From an uncultured virus (IMG/VR IMGVR_UViG_3300025767_000007) (Duplodnaviria > Heunggongvirae > Uroviricota > Caudoviricetes), in the IMG/VR virus record IMGVR_UViG_3300025767_000007: DNA of 20,000 nt. One strand, 5' to 3'. Within the stretch, counting starts at the first letter, position 1. Every line of letters starts with the position of its first letter. The translations under genes and the position numbers were made by a program. This document shows, one piece after another, positions 1 through 8,517 of this stretch. The notes beneath the pieces were generated by a model. The model saw nothing but the letters and a program-made list of their open reading frames with translations. It made no database searches and had not been told where the DNA came from.

Positions 1-850
1 CGATAGTGTTCAAGGTAGAGGTCCGGCGATTGCATTTGTACCTTATTGTTCGTTACCCGAGCTAGAAGCATGTATGATTACTTGGGATTTCTTTGAAACT
101 ATTCATAGCCGCAGTTATACTCATATTATTAAAAACATATATCCTGATCCTAGCGAGGTTTTTGATACTATTCTTGACGATGAAAAAATTGTTGCTAGAG
201 CAGAAAGTGTAACAAAAGCATATGATGATTATATCAATGATGCACAATATTACTCAGCCACAGGTAAAGGTGATTTACGAGAAATTAAGAAAAAATTATA
301 TCTAGCAATGGTTAATGTTAACGCATTAGAAGGTTTGCGTTTTTATGTATCTTTTGCATGTACCTTTGCATTTGGTGAATTAAAAACAATGGAAGGTTCT
401 GCTAAGATTGTTAGTTTAATTGCTAGAGACGAAAGTCAGCATTTAGCAGTTAGTACACATATTATTAAGAATTGGATGAAAGGTGATGATCCAGAAATGG
501 TTTCTATTGCTAAAGAATGTCAAGATGAAATTGGACTCATTTATGATAAAGTAGTAGAGGAAGAAAAGGAATGGGCAGATTATTTGTTTACAAATGGTTC
601 TATTGTTGGACTAAACGAAAAACTATTACATATGTTCATTGAGCATACTGCAAACAAAAGACTTAAGAGTTTAGGATTACCAATTCGTTATAACCAGAGT
701 CCAAACGATAATCCGTTACCTTGGACACAACATTGGCTTTCAAACAAAGGAGTACAAAATGCTCCGCAAGAAACAGAAATTGAAAGTTATGTTATTGGTG
801 GAATTAAACAAGACGTAGACAAAGACACATTTACAGGATTTAAATTATAA
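1..850 (+). CDS. nrdB: Ribonucleotide reductase class Ia beta subunit (5'-truncated by window edge)
   Basis: Frame is open from position 2 (DSVQGRGP...). Contains ETIHSRSY (Fe ligand His and radical Tyr), LEGLRFYVSFA, IARDESQH and C-terminal APQETEIESY motifs of NrdB. Confidence 0.97.
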   Translation, partial: DSVQGRGPAIAFVPYCSLPELEACMITWDFFETIHSRSYTHIIKNIYPDPSEVFDTILDDEKIVARAESVTKAYDDYINDAQYYSATGKGDLREIKKKLYLAMVNVNALEGLRFYVSFACTFAFGELKTMEGSAKIVSLIARDESQHLAVSTHIIKNWMKGDDPEMVSIAKECQDEIGLIYDKVVEEEKEWADYLFTNGSIVGLNEKLLHMFIEHTANKRLKSLGLPIRYNQSPNDNPLPWTQHWLSNKGVQNAPQETEIESYVIGGIKQDVDKDTFTGFKL

Positions 851-1176
851 TGTTAGTATCAACTAAAACAAGAAAAAAAGGAGATGTGATCTCCATAAAA
901 TTAACAAATGGAGAAGAACTTATTTCTTCATTTGTAGAAGAAAAAGACCAACATCTAATCATTGATAGACCAGTATCGTTATCAACTGGTCCTCAAGGTG
1001 CACCGGCGTTGATGCCATTCTTTATGACAGCATCACCAGATGCTACAAGAAATATAAAGTTAGAAAAGCGTCATGTTGTTATGACTGCTGATACAGATGC
1101 ACCGTTAGCCAAACAATATTCAACTGCAATGTCAGGAATTTTACCAGCAGGGGCGATTCCAGGCTTACAAGTTTAA
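850..1176 (+). CDS. Small phage protein, Sm/LSm-like beta-barrel fold likely
   Basis: ATG overlaps the nrdB stop (TAATG). The pattern 'DVISIKLTNGEELIS...LIIDRPVSL...LMPF...IKLEKRHVV' resembles Sm-like hypothetical proteins of T4-like phages. Confidence 0.6.
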   Translation: MLVSTKTRKKGDVISIKLTNGEELISSFVEEKDQHLIIDRPVSLSTGPQGAPALMPFFMTASPDATRNIKLEKRHVVMTADTDAPLAKQYSTAMSGILPAGAIPGLQV

Positions 1177-1187
1177 TAAATACTTGT

Positions 1188-1472
1188 ATGACTGAAGTTC
1201 ACAGAGATACAGATTCTAGAATATGCGGAGCAAGTACCGTTGTTGCTGGTAACTCAACTGTCTTTGCAAATAATTTATTGGTAAGTGTTGATGCAGATCC
1301 CAATTCACATGGCGCCGGAAGTATTATTGCAAGTACAAAAAATGTTTATGCTCATAACAAACTAATTGTTGAGAACGGTGATGCCGCTAACCCGGATTCA
1401 TTATGCCCAATACCACCTCATTGTGGCCCAGACACTAGTTCAGGGTCTCCTAATGTATTTGTAGGAAGTTAG
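1188..1472 (+). CDS. PAAR-like tail spike tip protein (gp5.4-like)
   Basis: 94 aa, Gly/Ser-rich repeats (GNSTVFAN, STKNVYAHN, SGSPNVFVG) with Cys/His metal ligands (CG, SHG, CPIPPHC). Confidence 0.8.
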   Translation: MTEVHRDTDSRICGASTVVAGNSTVFANNLLVSVDADPNSHGAGSIIASTKNVYAHNKLIVENGDAANPDSLCPIPPHCGPDTSSGSPNVFVGS

Positions 1473-1473
1473 C

Positions 1474-3336
1474 ATGGTTAATATTCCAGTAATCCCAGGA
1501 GTCAATGTTCAAACACAAGGAATACTCAATAAGTCTATTAAAGACATAATTTGTGCGATACTCTTTGGCGGTATTGGAAACCTTTTAAAAGGAAATATCA
1601 TATGTATTGAAGCAAATATAAACGAGATGCTTGAAGATGCCGGATATGCTAACTTATATGATATAAAAGACGAATTAAGATTACTACAAGATGAAGTTAA
1701 AGCATTTAACGACCACTTAGGTATAAATGATATAACGCAAAGGATTAATGATGCGTTAGCAGAAGTAAGATATCTACTAAGTCTAGGAGGATTATGTCCT
1801 GTTCCAATTAAGATACCAAATATTAACGGAGATATATTAGATCAAGTCACTGATAATGTTTTTAATAACTTACAAGGTGTATTAAGTGCATTTGGTCCAT
1901 TGCTAAAACCTAAAATTTGTATTGATGCACAAGGAAGAATAAACACAGGATCTTTTGATCCAGGTAGTATACTTGATAATATCAGGAAAGCATCACAAAA
2001 TGCGTTAAATGCTGGAAGTGTAATACCATCAAGTATTACATCAGGCTTTAATAACCAAATAAGCGGTGTTACAAGCAGTATTAAACAGGCAAGGGCAATA
2101 GAACTATTTCCAGACTTTAGACACAAGCATAACTTATTAACAGGAGCACCTGTTGTTGCTGGACAACCAGCGATAACTATTGCCGCTAGACCATCAGATG
2201 CTGATATTGCCGCAGTAGCTGGACTTTCGACTACAAGTGGCCCAGCATTTGAGGCCGCAGGAGCCTCTTATCCTCCTCAAGGAAATCCTAATTTAACAGA
2301 TGCAACTAAGCAAGCACAACAGTTGGTTGCCAATATTGCAAATAGTGCAAACTATCCTATTAATGCTGATAAAAATCTATGGGCAAGAGCATTGGGACCT
2401 GAAGTATATGCATTAGCATTAGATGCTTTAAACGGAGATGACCCATTTGTAGGTCAATCTCAAGATGTCTATGATTATTGTGGAAGAGTAGTTTCGCAAG
2501 AAACACAAACTATTACTGGAGATCCATTAGGTGCAGGATTGTCAGATACTACAGATGCAAATCTAACACCAACACCAATAAACTATAGTTTACTATGGAT
2601 TGATGCACCAGCACAAAGTAGGGTTGGTTGGGCAGTTAGTGGAATTACAGAAGAAGCATTAGTACCAGATGACTATGGTTGCGAAGTACTAACACCAGCA
2701 CTAGCATTAAACCCTGAAATTGAGTTATTTCAAGGCAAATCTCATATACTAAGTCTGCCACCAAGTAACCCAAATGTTAATTCTTTGGAAATAAGCAATT
2801 TTGGCTATAAAGATAACGGTTTAAGTGCCGTACGGACCCAAATTTCCTACGAAATGCCAGTTGGACAGGAATTTTACATATACGAAGCCAAATTAGACGG
2901 TTCAGGTAATAGAGTACCCGATATAACGAAGAGATGGACAAATGGACTGGTTCGTTTTGAATTTTCTGAATACTTAGATGAAGCAAATGGCAGAAACGAA
3001 GATCAAATTACTTGGGCTCAATCATTTATTCCGGATTTAATTCCAGATCCAAATGATACCAATAAGCAATTTGATTCTCAAGGACGATTGTTAAAGAGTA
3101 CTTTGATACAAGCACCTTTACCAACCGAACCTGGTGAAGTTTGGACTGATAATGGATCAGTAGTATACGATAGTCCTACAGGTGGCTCTCCTATATTAGT
3201 AAAAACATGGAAACGTGCTATTGCTAATTTAGCAGTTGGAGAAAATATGCTTATTGAAGTTGATAATACCTTTCCAGATTACTTAACTTATAGTAATGAG
3301 GACGGAACAGTATACGGCTTACTAAAAATTACATAG
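1474..3336 (+). CDS. Large hypothetical protein, probably virion/baseplate associated
   Basis: 620-aa ORF starting 1 nt after the PAAR-like gene; Gly/Pro/Asn/Asp-rich. Function inferred from position only. Confidence 0.55.
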   Translation: MVNIPVIPGVNVQTQGILNKSIKDIICAILFGGIGNLLKGNIICIEANINEMLEDAGYANLYDIKDELRLLQDEVKAFNDHLGINDITQRINDALAEVRYLLSLGGLCPVPIKIPNINGDILDQVTDNVFNNLQGVLSAFGPLLKPKICIDAQGRINTGSFDPGSILDNIRKASQNALNAGSVIPSSITSGFNNQISGVTSSIKQARAIELFPDFRHKHNLLTGAPVVAGQPAITIAARPSDADIAAVAGLSTTSGPAFEAAGASYPPQGNPNLTDATKQAQQLVANIANSANYPINADKNLWARALGPEVYALALDALNGDDPFVGQSQDVYDYCGRVVSQETQTITGDPLGAGLSDTTDANLTPTPINYSLLWIDAPAQSRVGWAVSGITEEALVPDDYGCEVLTPALALNPEIELFQGKSHILSLPPSNPNVNSLEISNFGYKDNGLSAVRTQISYEMPVGQEFYIYEAKLDGSGNRVPDITKRWTNGLVRFEFSEYLDEANGRNEDQITWAQSFIPDLIPDPNDTNKQFDSQGRLLKSTLIQAPLPTEPGEVWTDNGSVVYDSPTGGSPILVKTWKRAIANLAVGENMLIEVDNTFPDYLTYSNEDGTVYGLLKIT

Positions 3337-3354
3337 GTTTTTCACAATAAAAGG

Positions 3355-3390
3355 TTGACATTCTATATCTTTAGTGCTATATTATAAATA
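3355..3390 (+). promoter_or_regulatory. Sigma70-like promoter with overlapping T4-type late promoter
   Basis: TTGACA 3355-3360, 17-nt spacer, TG-C-TATATT (-10 at 3378-3383), and TATAAATA at 3383-3390. Confidence 0.75.
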
Positions 3391-3402
3391 ATACTGTAAT
3401 AT

Positions 3403-3801
3403 ATGAAAGGATTCTTTGATATGCATGTTAGTAAACTGGCTATTGTTGCCGCTTTTTCACTTTCAATGATGTTAATAACATTTAACATAGCAACAGCTCA
3501 CGAATATTCATACAAGCATTATCATAATTCTCATGATAGTTGGGACGTTGACAGGTATGATGATTATAGTTACTATCACAGTGATTATTATAAACGTTAT
3601 AAAAGAAATGATCGCGAAAGAGAACATTGGGATTGGTATTATGACGATAAGAGTGGCCCAGAAAGAGAGGACACATATTACATGCCAACACCTTCTCCAA
3701 TAATCGTGCAACCTGTTCCTCCTATAGGTTATGAAAGAGTTATTGCATATGATAACTTATGTCATTGCAATATATACGTTCTTGTACCTATTAGACAATA
3801 A
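3403..3801 (+). CDS. Putative exported low-complexity His/Tyr/Asp-rich protein
   Basis: Signal-peptide-like N-terminus ending ATA-HE, then a H/Y/D/R-rich tract, a Pro-rich linker and a C-terminal CHC. Start may be 3421. Confidence 0.6.
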   Translation: MKGFFDMHVSKLAIVAAFSLSMMLITFNIATAHEYSYKHYHNSHDSWDVDRYDDYSYYHSDYYKRYKRNDREREHWDWYYDDKSGPEREDTYYMPTPSPIIVQPVPPIGYERVIAYDNLCHCNIYVLVPIRQ

Positions 3802-3890
3802 TCTTAAAACCCTATCTAGTTTATTCTTTTGATAAATAAAGTTAACATGTGTATAGCACATGTTATTAATTAAAAAGGTACAAATAAAAT

Positions 3891-4109
3891 ATGGCAATAG
3901 AACTAACAGGCAAAGTAAAATGGTTTCAAGACGCAAAAGGATGGGGTTTTATTAAACCTGACGATGGTTCCGATGATGTTTTTGCACACTATTCAGCAAT
4001 TAATTCGGATGGATTTAAATCATTAAAAGAAGGTCAAGCAGTAACATTTGAAGTAATTCAAGGTGCTAAAGGACGTCAAGCCGCCAATATCAATTTAATT
4101 GAATCTTAA
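3891..4109 (+). CDS. cspA: Cold-shock domain protein
   Basis: TGKVKWF, KGWGFI (RNP1), DVFAHYSAI (RNP2), [23 protein letters not shown] upstream. Confidence 0.95.
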   Translation: MAIELTGKVKWFQDAKGWGFIKPDDGSDDVFAHYSAINSDGFKSLKEGQAVTFEVIQGAKGRQAANINLIES

Positions 4110-4242
4110 GACTAACTCTCCATAAATTATAACAATAGTAATCTTAAAGACTAAATAGATTATGGTAGTACATGTATAGGAACATAGAGTAACTATGCAT
4201 ATAACATCTGTTTACAGAAAATAGATAAGGCATTAGAGATTT

Positions 4243-4740
4243 ATGAGTTTAACTGACTTTATCGACAGCAGTATAAGTCGATTCGCAAAATATTATTCTT
4301 GGTTTGCATTACTAATGGTATTGTTCGTTGTGATCAATGTCTTGGGAAGATATTTCTTTGACATTCGTAATGATTATGCAGTTGATTCAACATGGCAATT
4401 ATACGGTATGCTTATTATGTTTGGTTGCAGTTATTCATTAGGAAAAGAAGCACATATTAGAACAGATCTGTTCTGGAACAATTATAAAGATCGTACAAAA
4501 GCAATTATTGACTTTGTAAGTTATCTCTTACTATTCTTTCCTTCATTTGCACTTATCACATACATCAGTTTCAATGATACATCAGCCGCTATTGAGATGA
4601 ACGAACGTAGTTCTGAAACAATGGCTCAGCTTGTCATCTGGCCTATGAAGATTGGTATTACACTTGGCTTGGTACTTTTGATGGTACAAGCATTGAGTCA
4701 AATGATTAAATGTTATAGAAGGATTTTTATCAATGAGTAA
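4243..4740 (+). CDS. dctQ: TRAP transporter small permease subunit
   Basis: 165 aa with four hydrophobic segments and the 'HIRTDLF' motif (H-I-x-x-D of DctQ); overlaps the dctM start. Confidence 0.9.
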   Translation: MSLTDFIDSSISRFAKYYSWFALLMVLFVVINVLGRYFFDIRNDYAVDSTWQLYGMLIMFGCSYSLGKEAHIRTDLFWNNYKDRTKAIIDFVSYLLLFFPSFALITYISFNDTSAAIEMNERSSETMAQLVIWPMKIGITLGLVLLMVQALSQMIKCYRRIFINE

Positions 4741-6127
4741 TGAATGGCTAGCAATGACAATGTTATTTACAATGATTGCCGGCATATTTGTTGGAGTTCC
4801 AGTTAGTTTTACACTAACATTCTTAGCATTAATTTTTGGATTAATTGGATTAGGACTAAGTGTTTTTGATCTTACATATCTTAACCTATTAGGAGGTCTT
4901 TCAGACGAAGTACTAATGAGTATTCCTATGTTTATTCTGATGGGTTACATTGCTGAACGAGCTGGATTGGTAGAAAATTTATTTGAAAGTTTAAAAAAGG
5001 TATTTTCAGGCGTTCCTGGTAACCTATACATTGTTGTTATCTGTATTGCAGTATTAATTAGTTTAGCAACAGGAGTAGTTGGAGCGTCAGTAACATTACT
5101 AGGCATTATGGCCGCTCCAAGCATGATTAAACAAGGATATGATGCTAAACTATCAGCAGGAGTAATAGCAGGAGGCGGGTCTCTTATTATGATTCCTCCA
5201 TCTATTCCCCTTATTGTAATGGCGCCTACTATGAATCTTAATATCATTGACGTATATGCGGCCGCAATGGGACCAGGACTAGCGATTGCATTTATGTATC
5301 TAGTATACGTTATATACCTTATAAAAACAAAGCCAGAGGTAGCACCTATGATGCCTGTGGAAGAAAGAGTAGAAATAGATTACAAGTTAATTCTGTTAAC
5401 ATTATGGCATATTGTGCCATTAGCGTCATTAATTCTTATTACACTAGGATCAATGTTATTTGGACTAGCAACTAGTACAGAAGCTGGTGCATTTGGTGCA
5501 TTTGGTGCTTTATGTTTAGCCGCTATTAACAGAAAATTAACTTTAACAAATATTCAAGAAGCATTACTAAAAACTACTAACACGTCAGCAGTAGTAATGT
5601 TATTAGCAATTACGTCAACTATATTTGGTGCCGTATTTGCTTCCTTGGGTGGTGACAAAGTCATTGTATCGGTACTAACTTCGATGCCTATACCCGGATG
5701 GGCAATAGTTGGAGCGATATTAGTGTTATGTCATATTTTAGGCTGGCCCTTTGAGTGGCCAGTGGTAGTGCTAGTGTTCTTACCAATTTTCTTACCAGTA
5801 TTAATTGATACTGGTGTTGACTTAATTTGGTTTGCGGCCGCTTTGGGTGTTATTTTACAAACAGCATATTTAACACCTCCTGTAGCCTTAACCGGATACT
5901 ACCTAAAACAGGTGGTGCCTTCGTGGGATCTTAAATTAATATTCAAAGCAATGATGCCCTTTATGTATATTCAGGTTATTTGTGTTGTAATATTGTTTAT
6001 TACACCTGGCCTTGCAACATGGTTACCTAATTACCTAGCAGAGCAAAGAAAAAATATAGTACAAGAAGTACTAGATGATGATGTCAAAGGACAGGAAGTC
6101 GACTTCCTAGGTGTCCTTGGACAATAA
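4733..6127 (+). CDS. dctM: TRAP transporter large permease subunit
   Basis: Polytopic membrane protein with 'SIPMFILMG', 'MIPPSIPLIV', 'TEAGAFGA' and 'AYLTPPVA' DctM motifs. Confidence 0.95.
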   Translation: MSNEWLAMTMLFTMIAGIFVGVPVSFTLTFLALIFGLIGLGLSVFDLTYLNLLGGLSDEVLMSIPMFILMGYIAERAGLVENLFESLKKVFSGVPGNLYIVVICIAVLISLATGVVGASVTLLGIMAAPSMIKQGYDAKLSAGVIAGGGSLIMIPPSIPLIVMAPTMNLNIIDVYAAAMGPGLAIAFMYLVYVIYLIKTKPEVAPMMPVEERVEIDYKLILLTLWHIVPLASLILITLGSMLFGLATSTEAGAFGAFGALCLAAINRKLTLTNIQEALLKTTNTSAVVMLLAITSTIFGAVFASLGGDKVIVSVLTSMPIPGWAIVGAILVLCHILGWPFEWPVVVLVFLPIFLPVLIDTGVDLIWFAAALGVILQTAYLTPPVALTGYYLKQVVPSWDLKLIFKAMMPFMYIQVICVVILFITPGLATWLPNYLAEQRKNIVQEVLDDDVKGQEVDFLGVLGQ

Positions 6128-6146
6128 TATTTTGGAGAATAAAAAT

Positions 6147-7241
6147 ATGAAACGTTTCATCGGAGCGGTATTAGCTACCGCAATGTCATTTGGCGTAGTG
6201 GCTTCAGTAGCAACTGCAAATGCCAAAGAACTACAGATTGCATCTAGTTTTGGAGCAATCTCAACTTTTAACGAGCAAGCAAACTTTCTTGCCGAAAGAG
6301 TTAAAGTATTAACTGACGGAAAAATTGATATGAAAATCAGACCTTCCGGCGCATTAGTTCCTTCTTTTAAGGTTCTAGATGCTACGGCGTCAGGTGCAGT
6401 AGATGGTGCATGGACTCAGTCTTATTACTGGGTAGGAAAGTCAAAGACTCTTGCATTGTTTAATAGTCCGTTAGGAGGACCTTACGGTATGGACGGGATT
6501 GATTTCCTAGGTTGGATGTTCCACGGTGGTGGACTTGAATTGTATAACGATTTTTATCAGAATGAGTTAAAAATGGATGTACAGGCACTTCCAGCAATGC
6601 CTACTCAGAATCAGCCATTGGGTTGGTTCCATCGCCCAATTAAAGATCTAGCAGATCTCAAAAACTTTAAATGTCGTCAAACTGGCGCCAACGTAGAACT
6701 TTATGCTCGTATGGGTATGCAGACTATTGGTATGCCAGGTGGTGAGATTATGGCCGCGGCCCAAAAGGGTGTTATTAATTGTGCTGAATTCGTTGGTGGT
6801 TTAGAAGACGAACGTCTTGGATTTCCTACAGTATGGAAATACTACTACTTGAATTCATTGCATGAGCATTCAAATACTGGTGATCTATTGATTAACGGTA
6901 AAGTGTGGCGTTCAATGACTAAGCAACAGCAGACCGCTGTTCGTTCTGCCGCTTATGAGTCATATCTATGGTGGTTAACTGATATTCAAGCAAAGAATGG
7001 TGAGGCACTTGCTAGAATGATCAAAGAGCATGGCGTTAGAGTTATGAAGACTCCAGCAGATATTTTGGTTGCTGAGTTAGAAACTATTGACGAAATGTTA
7101 GCAGAAAATGCCGCAAAGGATCCTTATTTTGCAAAAGTACTTGCTTCTCAGAAAGCATGGGCAAAGAAAGTAGTTCCATTTAAGAACGTAGCATTTACGC
7201 CTTATAACTATGCCGCAGATTACTACTGGAAGAAAAAGTAG
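6147..7241 (+). CDS. dctP: TRAP substrate-binding protein, TakP-like (2-oxoacid/monocarboxylate clade)
   Basis: Start reassigned to ATG 6147 (GGAG at 6134-6137). Signal peptide MKRFIGAVLA...ANA-KE. Motifs 'GALVPSFKVLDA', 'YYWVGK', 'WMFHGGGLELY', 'LGWF', 'PGGEI' are typical of TakP-like DctP. Confidence 0.9.
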   Translation: MKRFIGAVLATAMSFGVVASVATANAKELQIASSFGAISTFNEQANFLAERVKVLTDGKIDMKIRPSGALVPSFKVLDATASGAVDGAWTQSYYWVGKSKTLALFNSPLGGPYGMDGIDFLGWMFHGGGLELYNDFYQNELKMDVQALPAMPTQNQPLGWFHRPIKDLADLKNFKCRQTGANVELYARMGMQTIGMPGGEIMAAAQKGVINCAEFVGGLEDERLGFPTVWKYYYLNSLHEHSNTGDLLINGKVWRSMTKQQQTAVRSAAYESYLWWLTDIQAKNGEALARMIKEHGVRVMKTPADILVAELETIDEMLAENAAKDPYFAKVLASQKAWAKKVVPFKNVAFTPYNYAADYYWKKK

Positions 7242-7261
7242 TTTTAAAAGCATATAACGTT

Positions 7262-7293
7262 AAAAATAGGGTGCTTATGCATCCTATTTTTTT
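7262..7293 (+). terminator. Rho-independent terminator after dctQMP
   Basis: AAAAATAGGGTGC-TTAT-GCATCCTATTTTTTT hairpin with T tract. Confidence 0.85.
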
Positions 7294-7322
7294 GGCTATA
7301 ACTTCTATATTTGTTATAAATG

Positions 7323-7330
7323 TATAAATA
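7323..7330 (+). promoter_or_regulatory. T4-type late promoter
   Basis: Exact TATAAATA, intergenic, between a terminator and the second dctP. Confidence 0.7.
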
Positions 7331-7432
7331 CACTTGGATAGATACGGTTTAATACCTTATCGGAAAAAGCCAGTTTTCTATCTCAATGTTACTTGAAGTA
7401 ATATTGTTTTCTTAAGAAAAAAGGAGTCAATT

Positions 7433-8371
7433 ATGACACAGAAAATTAGATGGGTTCTAGCACATGAGCCAATTGAATTATTTCTAAGAGCGGCAAAAGT
7501 TTTCGCATCAGAAGTTAATGCAAAAGCAGAAGGCGCACTAGATATTGAAGTTATGACAATGAGTGAGTATTCTGCAAAGTATAATAACGGTGTTGTTGTT
7601 ACTAAGCACGAACTTGTTGATATGATTAACAGAGGCGACATTGAAATGTCCCAAACATACACAGTAGACATTGGCGAATATGATCACGAATTCCGTGCAT
7701 TAGATATGCCATTCCTATTTGAGTCACACGACCACGCAACTAAGGTGTTCGAAGGCCCAATCGGTCAGTCACTACTAGACGGATTAACAGAATCAGCTGG
7801 TGTTAAAGGTTTAGCCTTTACATACTCCGGTGGATATAGAATTATTCCTGGACAAGAAGGAATTGATACTATTGAAGATATTAGAGGTCTAAAACTTCGT
7901 ACTTCATTCTCACCTGTTGCTATTGAGACTTTCAAAGCAGTTGGTGCAGACGTAGTTCCTATGGAACTTGAAGAAATGACAGACGCAATCCAAGACAAAG
8001 ATATTCAAGTAGGTGAGTCTACTTACCCACGTATCTATGCATTAGGACAAGACAGAGTTTCTAAGGTTATTAACCACACAGAACACTCATTGTTCTTAAC
8101 AAGCATCCTAATCAACCAAGACTTCTTTGCAACTCTTGGTGAAGAACTACAAGGTATTGTTGTAGACGCCGCTAAAACAGCCGCTAATTACGAACGTGTA
8201 ATCAGCATTGAAGACGTTGCACTTACACAAGCTAAAGCTGAAAGCGATGGCATTGAAGTTCGTAGAATGTCAACAGAAGAAAAAGCTCGTTTCAAAGCCG
8301 CTACTGCTCATGTTTATGACATGTTCCCAGAGTTAGCTGGAACAGTTAAGAAGATCCAAGATACAAAATAA
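7433..8371 (+). CDS. dctP: Second, stand-alone DctP-family solute-binding protein without a signal peptide
   Basis: 'ALDMPFLFESHDHA', 'GVKGLAF', 'GYRII', 'GLKLRT', 'FKAVGADVVPM' DctP motifs; AAGGAG RBS; no hydrophobic N-terminal leader. Confidence 0.88.
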   Translation: MTQKIRWVLAHEPIELFLRAAKVFASEVNAKAEGALDIEVMTMSEYSAKYNNGVVVTKHELVDMINRGDIEMSQTYTVDIGEYDHEFRALDMPFLFESHDHATKVFEGPIGQSLLDGLTESAGVKGLAFTYSGGYRIIPGQEGIDTIEDIRGLKLRTSFSPVAIETFKAVGADVVPMELEEMTDAIQDKDIQVGESTYPRIYALGQDRVSKVINHTEHSLFLTSILINQDFFATLGEELQGIVVDAAKTAANYERVISIEDVALTQAKAESDGIEVRRMSTEEKARFKAATAHVYDMFPELAGTVKKIQDTK

Positions 8372-8391
8372 AATATCTTAGAACTACTATG

Positions 8392-8421
8392 GAAAAGGCG
8401 CTATTTGGCGCCTTTTCTTTT
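8392..8421 (+). terminator. Rho-independent terminator
   Basis: GAAAAGGCGC-TATTTG-GCGCCTTTTC followed by TTTT. Confidence 0.85.
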
Positions 8422-8517
8422 GACTAAATTTTACTAGCCCTTTTTTATGAATAAACAACTAATGGTATAAACTCTTTAACACGTTAACTAAATATTAGTA
8501 ATGGATAGGAGAACATT

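Noticed and set aside
4102..4154. Imperfect direct repeat AATCTTAA(A)GACTAA at 4102 and 4140
   Set aside because: Short and AT-rich with only two copies; cannot be distinguished from chance or a small local duplication.
5484..5512. Tandem TGGTGCATT repeats
   Set aside because: They encode the GAFGAFGA helix of DctM; not a CRISPR array or VNTR.
6111..6146. ORF-track start of dctP at 6111
   Set aside because: ATG 6147 has a GGAG RBS and begins a canonical signal peptide, whereas 6111 overlaps dctM.
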